Origin: a virus
DNA length: 64,000 nt
IMG/VR virus record: IMGVR_UViG_3300044729_003839
Span: 32,001-96,000 of that record
Reading direction: 5' to 3' (one strand)
Every line of letters begins with the position of its first letter. Position 1 is the first letter of the stretch. The notes beneath the pieces are model-generated. The model did no database searches and was not told the origin of the DNA. It saw only the letters and a program-made list of their open reading frames with translations. The position numbers and the translations under genes were made by a program. This document shows positions 29,401-38,844 of this stretch, in pieces.

Positions 29401-30419
29401 AAATACGAGAAGAAGACTTTTTCGCCGGAAGGTTTATGAACCTCGAGCCTGATTTCGTTCTCTCCGCTCCAGGGACTGAAGGAGGAATATGCAGAGGGCT
29501 GTTTTGTAAGGCTGGGAAAGAGATCAGAGATCAAGTAGTTATTATATCTGAATATAACGAAGACGAAGACATAACCACTTATTTTGTGTCAGATCCTAAC
29601 TCGCCTTGGCCCAATCTCGAACCGAAGAATTACACCGTCACAATATCTCAAGGGGACAATAAGGTCAGCGTAGAAACCACTGGGGGTATTACCAGAAATT
29701 TAGACGGAGTAGTTCTATATCTAATACCTATTGGGGAATCTTTACCAGAAGGCATAGAAGAAGGGTTTGCTAAAGTCTCGTACAATATTATTTATATTGC
29801 AAGAATGGACCAAAAGTCTAGAGTTGTAGAGATATTGACTTCGGAGATAGCTCCTGGCGATTTGCCATTTGTCCGCGTGTTTATCCAAGGTAGGCAAGGA
29901 GCCCAGCTCGGAGGGGTATGGATAGGACAAAAGACTTCTGAAGGAATTAGGGTATCCCCATTGACTCCGCACAGGTCGTCCCTGTCCATATCCGACAACG
30001 GAGTTGATAAGCACGGGGAGTGGTCTGACCCCCCTGAGGAGGACGGGGCGGTGAAAGCGGTGGCTGCCTATACCCAGGCTGGCACAGCCCCTACCTTAGA
30101 CGCCTCAGAGCAAAGTCTTACTACATTTAAATCGATCAATACAAGTCCGAGAAAGTGCGGCAATTTTATAGTCCCGGGCGTGTTCACGGGCTCAGACTAC
30201 CCACTACGTACATTCACCCAACCATCAATCGGTACTCCCATTGCAACTTATTACGTATCCGCCAACAAACCCACCCAAATCGACCTTAAAAACGTGTTCT
30301 ATGTAGGCGGAGAAGGTGTGTACAACAGTGTTTACTCAAACATCGCTACGTTTGTTGTGGCGAGATCGATAGAATCCCCGGGACAAGTGCAGGTGTCTTT
30401 GAATTATATAGAAAGTTGA
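26490..30419 (+). CDS. Large virion structural protein (paralog of 23445..26486)
   Basis: STRAFRYQPGRIS, TMFKIEFGWYGAIGA, KFGASYYIDG. Confidence 0.75.
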   Translation: MSAKRSIRADRVPPRRTKRIIRMVDVKGSPLSAESGPDLVTEKDAYNRREYEAKSSTPVVLDSDSYREKGYSTANKFSKGVPAALPVIEQFPEQSEVSRSLLGINRETSQKGLFSNVSVYGLDTKDWEFTFSGYRDGGNTWWTRRPSLSGNYFPGIIKEDDKNSALRLTANPTPYLEPEIPTANRPFKSFAQSIPWGQYVNSVVALYIFKYMVNNFSEEKKLRYNISYLLSIYPTDEQGNFNDLAWDKIWLDISQRRLGLPENYPLIPEVKAYNFRDAIVNNFRSAELWGSEGVIIEEANASLPSNADFSWNKEYFSVGRMFFPSGRPDNKGHFYIKTNPDVNVWEKYFGLRWNLIKQEIKDWEFTVHESEDTVTDIEKELKLPYVIITDNPQAFTPSWPIAASTDLPVNGNRIGGARGINTGILLKSTRAFRYQPGRISGFTYGVKLSEIGAGPGTTLEFGIENFTDSYMFRLTNGGNFSIIRRSVVPLDETVFLSDARYGENTKEVIVDGQVQYETTIGQNIMNGDPLNGEGQTGYILDPDAVTMFKIEFGWYGAIGARFYAYVPVRNDECRWVTIHTLVIENQLKKPCLGDPFFFFTYKLDIQDSSSVRLEQFVDKFGASYYIDGYDDGTTSPKSISSGTRSLSVNASEVQNTISPLDWTTLTGFKSRSFITNSQGDEIPNKKEIFPEKINIFSTTDCEIKFIRQSGCPEYAYNHQEGYRWQILPENRRLKGKFFINPFFELDLPELEISQSNSSTHTAIALYNAASQGQFRDPTVQSNWDVTGQQYLRVLANDVFGVFVDKTAFPTDSALLRLKRPVNYRYLSSRSALPEPIDTVKLPFTYAPVSPNEQGYDLEIDYFRRDQVLLSSVDVNSNEFYIYWTGGRTPGPNPGNFASIRFGFCWPNVSDDQSPIYALGSSGDWGIEQGPVEYDGQTFYEGLPYDFVSDFSDNCLYVETGSDVRYNTFGLEIREEDFFAGRFMNLEPDFVLSAPGTEGGICRGLFCKAGKEIRDQVVIISEYNEDEDITTYFVSDPNSPWPNLEPKNYTVTISQGDNKVSVETTGGITRNLDGVVLYLIPIGESLPEGIEEGFAKVSYNIIYIARMDQKSRVVEILTSEIAPGDLPFVRVFIQGRQGAQLGGVWIGQKTSEGIRVSPLTPHRSSLSISDNGVDKHGEWSDPPEEDGAVKAVAAYTQAGTAPTLDASEQSLTTFKSINTSPRKCGNFIVPGVFTGSDYPLRTFTQPSIGTPIATYYVSANKPTQIDLKNVFYVGGEGVYNSVYSNIATFVVARSIESPGQVQVSLNYIES

Positions 30420-30423
30420 AAGC
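30415..30423 (+). promoter_or_regulatory. Putative late promoter box GTTGAAAGC
   Basis: Overlaps the upstream TGA; followed by TCTTA-A; ATG at 30444. Confidence 0.75.
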
Positions 30424-30443
30424 TCTTAAGATTTGAGTTTTCG

Positions 30444-33400
30444 ATGTCCGAAGGGGTTTTTAGGGGATTTGGACAATTTTCTCGCCCAGACATCGGGCTG
30501 ATTTCCGACGGGTTTCAAAACCTTTCCGAAATCTTCGAGTCGGACAAGCGAAACGCGTTAAGAAATATACTTCTAGATCCTGAATCTCTTGACCAAATTT
30601 ATCAGTTATCTGAAACTATTAGTAGAGAGGATCTTAGGTCGGTCTCCGGTCTATCTTCCTTCCTGCTTTCAACCCTGCATAGAATTGATAATATATCAGG
30701 AGATCGAATCCTTGAGGAGCTTGAGGTTGACAAGCTATACGCTTCGCCTAAGTACACCTTGGGTGGTACGGGTTCCAATGCTTTAAACCGTCCGAATGTA
30801 ATAATTTTTAACGGAGGCATAAAGTGCGAAGGTGCTTTTTACCGCGCTAATGTACTTTCCGAAAGTCTTTTCGAAAACCCAGAAAAAAGACTAATTTCCC
30901 TCTCGACATCCCGCTCAAGTCTTTTCAGCTCCAACTTGGACGAGGATAATCCCGGGTTCTTCAAAGACGCTTCGTATCCGGGGTCTGTCCGCGTACGCAG
31001 AAAGTCCCATGTCAATAGAATTTTTGTCCCCGAGGGTTCTTTCGTCCGGAAGTCTTCCGTCCCTGAGTCTCCCTCCCACACCCTTAAGCTCAATGTCATT
31101 AACGGGCCTGGGCAACCAGTAACACCTTTGAAATTACTGGCCACTATAAACTCCCCACTCAAGATATTTTGCAGACTTTCCAGGGGTAGTATAAAATTTA
31201 AATTCACTGACTCGTTAATTAATTTTTACGGGTACCAAGTGCAAGTTGTCCAGCAAAGGCCTAATACTGAATTTGTAGACTTTTTACAAGTAGAACCATC
31301 TTCTCAACCCTCAGGTACAAACGAGTTCACTTTAGATATAGATATCACGAGTACTGGATATCAACAGGTATACGATTTGTACCTGTATCTTTACCTGAAT
31401 CCAGAAAAAGTCAGAGGTCTAGAGTTTGAAGGTATCGATATCAGAGAAACTCCTGATAAAAAAGACCTTGGCCTTATAGGGTTTAACAACCTCGAGGAAC
31501 TTAGAGTGTCCGGAGGTTCGATGACGATCCTGCCACTCTGGTTAAAAACACTCTCTAACAAGCTCCGGGTACTCGATCTTAAAAACAGCGGAGACACTTG
31601 GAAATCAGGTCCGATGTCCTGGTTTGATATCAGGAATTCAGGGGCTGTCCCCTCATTCAATCACCCCATTTATACAGTAGTAAGCTATTTAACAATCCCC
31701 AAAAGCGGGCCGATGATAAACAGCGCCGGGGATGATTGGGCGGATGAAAAGTTTGAGAAATATATTTTAAACGAGAGCAGGACTGCCGGGGTTGATTATC
31801 GCCAATTTACAAATTTACAAGAACTTTACCTCGGGGACAGATTCAGGGGACTTAATTCCGACTTAAGTGATGTTTTCCCCAACTTAAGGGTACTGGAATG
31901 GAACACTAAAACTCGCGGACTAACAGCCTTCATTTCCGGCCAAAAATTGCCGTCGATTAAAAACACGGGCGGACTGACTCAGTACAACATTTCTGGTTCA
32001 GGTGCATCAGGGACAATATATGACATAGGTACATCTACAAACCCATCAGATCCGGGGTATATTTCGAATTATAGAATGACGTCTTTCAATATCTCCGGAT
32101 TTTCTGACAGGCGCCATAATATTACAGGCTTTATAGGAAATCCTGCTGAGGACTGGAGTAATTGGTACTTAAATTCCACATTCATTGATATTTCTAACAC
32201 CGGGACTACGATTAACATACAAAATAATACTTGGAAATCTTTGAGGGAGCTTTTAGCTGTCCAATGTGCAAACTCGTTAAATATTTCAAACCCATCTTCT
32301 CCACTTCGTACACCGGCACTCCGATCTATTGATTTGTACGGGTCTATACTCGGGGGTCAAATGTTTTCACTAGGGGATTCTTCTACTGAAAACACTGGAG
32401 AACTGACTTCAATAGGGTTATATAATTCTCGGCAAATTACCCCTGTAGTTAAAAACGGTATTGACTACTTTTTACCTGAAAATTTTGCACCCGAAAGGGC
32501 TTCGGGATCTCCACACAAACTACTCACACTAAGCGTACCGTCCATACAGCAACAGTTTAGATTCAGGGAAAAAGACCTTATTAACCTGAGAGAACTAACA
32601 TACTTCGGGACATTTAACTCCAGATTCACTGGCAGATTTCCAACTATTTCTGCCAGGCCTAACCCAGAATTAAACACTAAAGTGCTTTCTGTAGTCACAC
32701 AGTTTTCTGACTTTTACGACCTCAGGAGCCTATCTATTGCCCCTATAAACCCCCTTTTCTCTAGAGATTTAGCCTATCTGGAATGTAATGGCCAAAACGC
32801 CTCAGGAGGTGGGGCTCTATTGCCATCTTTCGAGGGTGTAGTAGACTCTCAGATATCGATTGTGATACTGGACTCTTCGTTAAGGAGTACCTATCCCTCT
32901 AATTGGTTTTTACCGCAATCCAGGGGCGCAGCGATAAGGAACAACGATTCATACACAGAAATCTCCGGCCTATCTATTTCCCGAGTAATCCAGACACCTG
33001 GAAACGCTTGGGAGGAAAAAGATAATATTTATACAATTACTGGCGCGAGCAATTTTAATACTAAAGTATTAGTGAATGATATCATTAAGGGAGCGGTAAA
33101 TGGTCCGGAAATAGCCCGAGTTTTGTCCGTAAGCTCTACGGAAATTATTATAGACAGAGATATACCTAACACTTTGCCGTCAACTTTATACTTTTTTAGA
33201 AATACTGTCGACATAACAAATTGGTTCTCCTCTGGTTTTTCAAAATTAGTAACTTTCCGGGCCAAGAATTGTAGGCTTTCGGGATCCTTGAATATTTTGC
33301 CTGGGTTTAGCAGTGTCGTTTTTCTAGACTTATCCGAAAACAACATAACGTCCTATGTCCCCGGTTGTTTATTCAAAGTATTCCTAGGAAACTCCAGGAA

Positions 33401-33965
33401 CATCACTGTTAATCTGTCCTACAACAATTTGTCCATAGAAGCCATAAGGGCTATTATATCAGATGTTATACAAATAGATTTGATAGGCAGATTTAGAAAT
33501 TGTTTTGTGAGAGTAGGATTTAATAAACTAGATTCTGACGGAAAATATATAAACTACTCACAGTCTGAAATATTCCCCACCCAAGTGCGCAAGGGAGGAG
33601 ACATCATAACTTCACTGTTTAGAGACGAAGAGTTTTATGTATATGAAACAGTTAATCAATTCGACGAGAACGGTAATCAGGTGCAAGTGGAGAATATTGT
33701 TGGGACACGTATTGTTCAGATTCCGGGGGAACTAATTCAAGGTGTATACTATAAAACAAGAATTAACGAGACTCAGGTTACAGTCGAAAGCGCACAAGCC
33801 ATAGCGTTCAAAAATCTCTTTGGAGTAAGAGTAGACCTAGGATTTGCTTACATCTCTCCAGTAACTACCCCTATAATCACTTTAGTGCGTTACGAAGACG
33901 TAACCACCAGGTACCAATCTATCATCGATGCCGGATTAGACCCGGAAGATTTGGTAAACCCCTAA
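30444..33965 (+). CDS. Leucine-rich-repeat virion/fibre protein (1173 aa)
   Basis: NLEELRVSG..LP.WLKTL..KLRVLDL, NLQELYL, VFLDLSENNIT, VNLSYNNLS LRR units; N-terminal NLSE anchor motif. Confidence 0.72.
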   Translation: MSEGVFRGFGQFSRPDIGLISDGFQNLSEIFESDKRNALRNILLDPESLDQIYQLSETISREDLRSVSGLSSFLLSTLHRIDNISGDRILEELEVDKLYASPKYTLGGTGSNALNRPNVIIFNGGIKCEGAFYRANVLSESLFENPEKRLISLSTSRSSLFSSNLDEDNPGFFKDASYPGSVRVRRKSHVNRIFVPEGSFVRKSSVPESPSHTLKLNVINGPGQPVTPLKLLATINSPLKIFCRLSRGSIKFKFTDSLINFYGYQVQVVQQRPNTEFVDFLQVEPSSQPSGTNEFTLDIDITSTGYQQVYDLYLYLYLNPEKVRGLEFEGIDIRETPDKKDLGLIGFNNLEELRVSGGSMTILPLWLKTLSNKLRVLDLKNSGDTWKSGPMSWFDIRNSGAVPSFNHPIYTVVSYLTIPKSGPMINSAGDDWADEKFEKYILNESRTAGVDYRQFTNLQELYLGDRFRGLNSDLSDVFPNLRVLEWNTKTRGLTAFISGQKLPSIKNTGGLTQYNISGSGASGTIYDIGTSTNPSDPGYISNYRMTSFNISGFSDRRHNITGFIGNPAEDWSNWYLNSTFIDISNTGTTINIQNNTWKSLRELLAVQCANSLNISNPSSPLRTPALRSIDLYGSILGGQMFSLGDSSTENTGELTSIGLYNSRQITPVVKNGIDYFLPENFAPERASGSPHKLLTLSVPSIQQQFRFREKDLINLRELTYFGTFNSRFTGRFPTISARPNPELNTKVLSVVTQFSDFYDLRSLSIAPINPLFSRDLAYLECNGQNASGGGALLPSFEGVVDSQISIVILDSSLRSTYPSNWFLPQSRGAAIRNNDSYTEISGLSISRVIQTPGNAWEEKDNIYTITGASNFNTKVLVNDIIKGAVNGPEIARVLSVSSTEIIIDRDIPNTLPSTLYFFRNTVDITNWFSSGFSKLVTFRAKNCRLSGSLNILPGFSSVVFLDLSENNITSYVPGCLFKVFLGNSRNITVNLSYNNLSIEAIRAIISDVIQIDLIGRFRNCFVRVGFNKLDSDGKYINYSQSEIFPTQVRKGGDIITSLFRDEEFYVYETVNQFDENGNQVQVENIVGTRIVQIPGELIQGVYYKTRINETQVTVESAQAIAFKNLFGVRVDLGFAYISPVTTPIITLVRYEDVTTRYQSIIDAGLDPEDLVNP

Positions 33966-33967
33966 AA

Positions 33968-35503
33968 ATGTCAGGACTTTACACTAGATTTAATCTCTCC
34001 GAGCAGGGAATTAATGCCACTGATGCAGTACAAAAACTGTACTCACCCTCTGTGCAAGACGATATTAACTTATTCGCTTTCTCAAGCAAACTAAAGTCTT
34101 TTATTCAGTCTCCAGAGAACATTACAGGATTCGTAAATGAGTCTTTCTTACAAAGTAGGAGAACTAAATTTGTCACAGAGGATTTTACTTTTTCTGATGG
34201 CAATAATGTCTGGTTTGATTACGCTGGAAATTTCCCAGTAGTATTCTCGAGTAACGGATCTTTGGCAGATATCGAGGTAATAGGTAATGGGTCGGGGTAC
34301 AAGGTCACTAATTCTTTCGGAGCAGAACCAGCATACCCTTATCAACTAAACGTGAGGGCGATAGGTCTTGAATCAGAGTCTAGAGACGCAGTTATTCAAA
34401 TAACTGTTGAATCAGATGGCAGAATATCGTCCTCGGCAGAAGTAGTGTCACCCGGGTCTAAGTACAAGGTAGGAGAGATCTTGGAGATAATACCCTCTTG
34501 CAACGAGGGAGAGACACCCACCCTTAACAAGTGCGTAAACTATAATAATGAGTATGTTTTAAAGGATAGTCCTGGCGGCCACGCTGCCCTCTTACTGTCC
34601 AAACAGTATACATATACTGTAAAGTCATCTGCCCGGGGAGGCTTTTTCCTATACGATGATAGGAAAGAGGAGTGGGTAAATTTAGGGTCGGAGTTCGATT
34701 CTTTCAGATCCTCGGACTCGTATCCGGTTAGAATTGACAGATCAGATACCCTTAATTCTAAAAATCTCTCTAACTTATTCGGTTTTAACTTTACCTCTTA
34801 CATTTTCAGTTATAGCAGTTCAACCCAAGAGGATGCGTATAGAGCTTCTGAAACCTTGAGCGAAGACTTGCAAGAAATATCAGACAGAGTAGAATCTGTT
34901 AAGTCCGGATTTTCAGATTATATACAAAACTCCAGAACCCCCAGGTCTGAGGAGGATGAGGACGAAGGCTTAAGCATAAGATACAATATTTTTACGGGTC
35001 AAGACCTGATTACCAATAGTAGGGTAATATTCCGGGATCCTGACAACTCGTTAGAGGTTGTGGATTACAGTGATTTGTCCACTTTGTCCGGCCCGAAAGA
35101 CTACAAGTTAGGGGATATTACTGTCCCGGGGATCTGGGTCCGAGACGAAGATCGCTATTCGCGAATTTTTAGCAATGACAACAAGCCTTTTGTAAATCTT
35201 TTAGGAAAGCTTTACTTGAATCCGAGGATATATAATCCCGATGGCGAGGAGGCTACATTATTCAAGTATAGCATAAGCGCATCAGCTTATAATGCTTCAG
35301 GGGACTCCAGTCTTGGATTCAATACTACAGTAGGCACCCTTGTTCAGAATATATCTCAAGACGCAGACAACGGAGGTTTTGTATATTACCGGACACTGGT
35401 TCCAATTACGTTAAACCAGCAAATAAACTTAAAGTCCTGGCCTTTGTTATCGTATAAAAACTCTCTTGGGCAGACAAAAGAAGCAATGTTTTTGGCTGTT
35501 TAA
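33968..35503 (+). CDS. Virion structural protein
   Basis: V.GNGSGY and VVSPGSKYKVGEIL repeats typical of cyanophage structural proteins. Confidence 0.68.
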   Translation: MSGLYTRFNLSEQGINATDAVQKLYSPSVQDDINLFAFSSKLKSFIQSPENITGFVNESFLQSRRTKFVTEDFTFSDGNNVWFDYAGNFPVVFSSNGSLADIEVIGNGSGYKVTNSFGAEPAYPYQLNVRAIGLESESRDAVIQITVESDGRISSSAEVVSPGSKYKVGEILEIIPSCNEGETPTLNKCVNYNNEYVLKDSPGGHAALLLSKQYTYTVKSSARGGFFLYDDRKEEWVNLGSEFDSFRSSDSYPVRIDRSDTLNSKNLSNLFGFNFTSYIFSYSSSTQEDAYRASETLSEDLQEISDRVESVKSGFSDYIQNSRTPRSEEDEDEGLSIRYNIFTGQDLITNSRVIFRDPDNSLEVVDYSDLSTLSGPKDYKLGDITVPGIWVRDEDRYSRIFSNDNKPFVNLLGKLYLNPRIYNPDGEEATLFKYSISASAYNASGDSSLGFNTTVGTLVQNISQDADNGGFVYYRTLVPITLNQQINLKSWPLLSYKNSLGQTKEAMFLAV

Positions 35504-38500
35504 TTAGGCAAGTTTACGAACAAATAGTAAGTGTCAGAGACTTGCTCACCGTTCCCCAGATAGGTTAAGACATCCTCGTCATGGTCCTCTGCTTCCAGAG
35601 GCATATCTACTCTGAACTTATGGGAGTAAAGAGAGAAACTGAAATCAACTGGTGTTATAATGGGTTCTACAGCGTCTTTACCTCTGAATTCTAGACTTCT
35701 ACTCAGGGTTAAAGTCTTACCTCCCAATCCGGCCTTGGTCGGGTCGCCCCAAAACACGTCATACCAACCCGCTGGCGCGTCGTAAAGATCGTCATCCTCA
35801 ATCGCTGTATCCTTTAACAAAGGATCGGACACTATGTAAGGCGGGTAGCATATCCCGGATATGCCATCAAATCCAAACGGGGTTACACGTTCCGAAAGAG
35901 CCTGTGGAATCTCACTTTGAAACGGTATTAAGTTATCGTCGTTGTCATAAGTCAACTTAATGACATCGGAGAAACAAATAGATTCCCCTGTATCTACAAG
36001 TGTATTCTGAAACTCTCTGCTATTACTTGTATAGAACCTGATGAACTTGCCGCTGAACTGCGAGACTTCAGAACCCCCCGGCAATAGGGAGGGCAGAAGT
36101 ACAGAGAACGAGATTACTGTAAACCCGGATACTTCTACTTTTTCTAAAAGTATTGGTAGTACGGCTGGAAACTTCTTTACGCTAGAGCCTTCAAAGTCCG
36201 AGTTATCGCACACCTGAACAGCAGATATCGATATAGGAGAAAGCCATTCGTTTGAGGAGAAGTCGGGGAGTCCATATAGCTCAGGGTCGTCGTCAGAAGT
36301 AACGGACGCAGAATCTACAGACAAGAAATATTTACCCTGAAGTTCTTCCGGCCCAGTAGTCCAAAGATATATCTGAGCCACTTCAGGGGTTACTTTACCA
36401 AACGCGGAAGTCTTGTGATTGGGGTCCCCGCCAAGCTCGTTCTCGCCTAGCAGGCCCGGGTCGTCGAATACAGAATTATTGAGGGGGAAAGAGTCAGCGA
36501 TAAATCTGCCGCCTTCTCCAAATCTATCCGAACTCAAAGAGATCCCGATATAATTACTCCCATTAGGTGAAGATTCTTCATACTTTGACTCTCCCGCTAT
36601 AATATTAGGTCTTTGAGTATAGTTATTATCTCCGTCTCCGTACAATCCGAATCCGTCTGCTCCCGAGCTAAACTCGTCTTTAAATATATTGGATGCGAAT
36701 CCGTCAAAAGGTGTGTTACTGGGAGAAAGGGCTAAGCTCCTGTCATACGGATGACCTTGGGAGACTTTCCACCAACTCGGCCTGAAATCAAAAGGTATTT
36801 TTTGCTGGTTCGGGGTAAAATCTCCACTTACCAAATCCGAGTAAGACGTTCTCCCTTCCCCCGGTGAAGCTATTCTTCCCCTCCACAGCGGCTCGAGATT
36901 ATCTTCAAATTCCCCGCTCAAGACGGGAAAAATCCTCAACTTATATTCGCCTTCTTCCAGTTCCGGGTCGGTTATAACTCCAATTTCACTAATCTCCACA
37001 ACTATCGGATCACCCAAGGCCTGGCCGTCTTTCTCAACAAGCTCGTAACTGACAGATGCGTACTCATCCCCAACTGGGATCAGTATACTGACTAAATCAT
37101 CAGAAAATATGGCAAATTCTCCCGGACTAAGTTCCTCCAACTCTATGTCTATCAGCTCGCTGTAAAAATTAACTGGATCTTGAAGTTTTGTAGTTTTTAG
37201 GAAAATGTTGGGCTCGGTGGGCACTATGACAGACGGTTCGGACCTGTCAGTCCCCCCAACATACATGCGGATAGTAATAGGCATATAAGCTTCCCACTCC
37301 GTACTCGAGTAGAAATACTTAAACTTATTATCTATACTGTTTACATCAAAAGAGGTAGCAGAAAAGTACTTAGAATTTTCCGAACTCGGCACACCTGAGC
37401 TAAAAACTTCAGTCCATTCGTCCAGATAAACATCAATTTTTACGAGACAATTCGTTTCTACTTGAAAAGAATATATTCCTGGAGTGATATAAAGATATCC
37501 GTCCCATCTAATTCCCCAGTCTCCCGTTTCAAATCTTAGTGGGTTCGGGGGTGATTCCCACCTCATGTTTGAGTCTTGAACAATAACTTCCCCCGTAGGA
37601 GCCCCTATTTGACGTATTTCTTCAGCGCTCCAGCGACTTTCAATAACCGCCTTAGAATACCAGTAACCTCTTTCGACAACAGGATCGCCAGAGGGTTTTC
37701 TGATCAAATTCTCGACTGTATCCGGAATACCGGTACTGGGAGACTCAGAGAACCACGGGGGCGGATTAATACTGGAATAACCTCTGCCCAACCTAAAAGG
37801 CCTTTGGGAAAATCTTAAACTTCCGAGTATACTCCTTATGCTAGTAAGACTACTAAAGCCTTCTTCTACACTCCATCCGTCCTCACTATCCACCCTCAAG
37901 TAGATACCTGTACCAGACAAATCAGCCTTAGATCCGTTCTCTAACTCATACCACTCTACAAGTAGAATAACATACCTTCTGCCTGACAAAATTTCTTCGT
38001 CAGTAAGATCGGTGACCCCGTCTACGCCTTTAAGTTCGTTTACTGTAATCTCTCCGGTTACAGTATTAAAATCGAATTTTAAAAAGCCTATTACTTGGCG
38101 CTTTGCTACTCTGTAAAATTGAGCTGAGGGTCCCGCATGCAGGCTGTTAAAACTGTCTATACCGGAAAAAGAATCTACCTGGGAAATTCTGTCTTGGATC
38201 CTTATACGCGGATTAAGGTTTACAACCCCGTCTTGGGCTGACACCCCCAGCAAGGGGAGTAACGCGTCCCTAGTAATCCCTTCGAGTGCGAAGTCTTTTG
38301 TGACCGCCCAGTCTGACGAATCATACTGGGAATTGTAAAATTCCTGCTCTTCTACATCCCCTTCGTTAAGTTTAACGAGTGTATTATTTAAGGCTTTTCG
38401 CGGGTCAGAAACATCGGAAAGAGAATTTGATCGTTTAAGTCCTATAAAATCCGTTCTCTGCTCTCTTTTACCGGCCTTTGACCTCAACGACCGAATTATC

Positions 38501-38553
38501 GCGTCTTGCGGAGTCTGGGACAACCCCGGAGTCTTATCTATCCTAGTTGCCAT
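35500..38553 (-). CDS. Acidic virion protein with PA14-like domain
   Basis: DWGIRWDGYLYITPGIYSFQVET is PA14-like; N-terminal GLKRSNSLSDVSDPRKALNN fibre anchor. Confidence 0.7.
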   Translation of the reverse strand: MATRIDKTPGLSQTPQDAIIRSLRSKAGKREQRTDFIGLKRSNSLSDVSDPRKALNNTLVKLNEGDVEEQEFYNSQYDSSDWAVTKDFALEGITRDALLPLLGVSAQDGVVNLNPRIRIQDRISQVDSFSGIDSFNSLHAGPSAQFYRVAKRQVIGFLKFDFNTVTGEITVNELKGVDGVTDLTDEEILSGRRYVILLVEWYELENGSKADLSGTGIYLRVDSEDGWSVEEGFSSLTSIRSILGSLRFSQRPFRLGRGYSSINPPPWFSESPSTGIPDTVENLIRKPSGDPVVERGYWYSKAVIESRWSAEEIRQIGAPTGEVIVQDSNMRWESPPNPLRFETGDWGIRWDGYLYITPGIYSFQVETNCLVKIDVYLDEWTEVFSSGVPSSENSKYFSATSFDVNSIDNKFKYFYSSTEWEAYMPITIRMYVGGTDRSEPSVIVPTEPNIFLKTTKLQDPVNFYSELIDIELEELSPGEFAIFSDDLVSILIPVGDEYASVSYELVEKDGQALGDPIVVEISEIGVITDPELEEGEYKLRIFPVLSGEFEDNLEPLWRGRIASPGEGRTSYSDLVSGDFTPNQQKIPFDFRPSWWKVSQGHPYDRSLALSPSNTPFDGFASNIFKDEFSSGADGFGLYGDGDNNYTQRPNIIAGESKYEESSPNGSNYIGISLSSDRFGEGGRFIADSFPLNNSVFDDPGLLGENELGGDPNHKTSAFGKVTPEVAQIYLWTTGPEELQGKYFLSVDSASVTSDDDPELYGLPDFSSNEWLSPISISAVQVCDNSDFEGSSVKKFPAVLPILLEKVEVSGFTVISFSVLLPSLLPGGSEVSQFSGKFIRFYTSNSREFQNTLVDTGESICFSDVIKLTYDNDDNLIPFQSEIPQALSERVTPFGFDGISGICYPPYIVSDPLLKDTAIEDDDLYDAPAGWYDVFWGDPTKAGLGGKTLTLSRSLEFRGKDAVEPIITPVDFSFSLYSHKFRVDMPLEAEDHDEDVLTYLGNGEQVSDTYYLFVNLPN

Positions 38554-38573
38554 TAAAAAGGTATTCTTTAAAA

Positions 38574-38596
38574 GCTTTCAACTTGGAGTTGAAGGC
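38574..38596. promoter_or_regulatory. Divergent pair of putative late promoter boxes
   Basis: GCTTTCAAC-ttgga-GTTGAAGGC; faces ATG 38553 (-) and ATG 38620 (+). Confidence 0.78.
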
Positions 38597-38619
38597 TTAG
38601 TATACAGGGCGTACAACCG

Positions 38620-38844
38620 ATGGAAAAAATTAGGTTAACAGAGGGACTAGCTTTCCTTATATTCGAGGCGTTGTTCTGCATATCATTTATCGCTCTTTGC
38701 GAAATACCTAACTGGGCCATAGGGGCTAAGCAAGTTAATGCCTGTACAGATAGGTGGATGTTTACGGCGGCTCTTTTCTTTCCTTCTGCGGTACAACAAT
38801 CTCCCCCTTCTAGCTCTCGTACAAATCGCGGTACGACAAAATAA
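38620..38844 (+). CDS. Small membrane protein (holin candidate)
   Basis: 74 aa; hydrophobic GLAFLIFEALFCISFIALC and WMFTAALFF segments; own late box. Confidence 0.5.
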   Translation: MEKIRLTEGLAFLIFEALFCISFIALCEIPNWAIGAKQVNACTDRWMFTAALFFPSAVQQSPPSSSRTNRGTTK

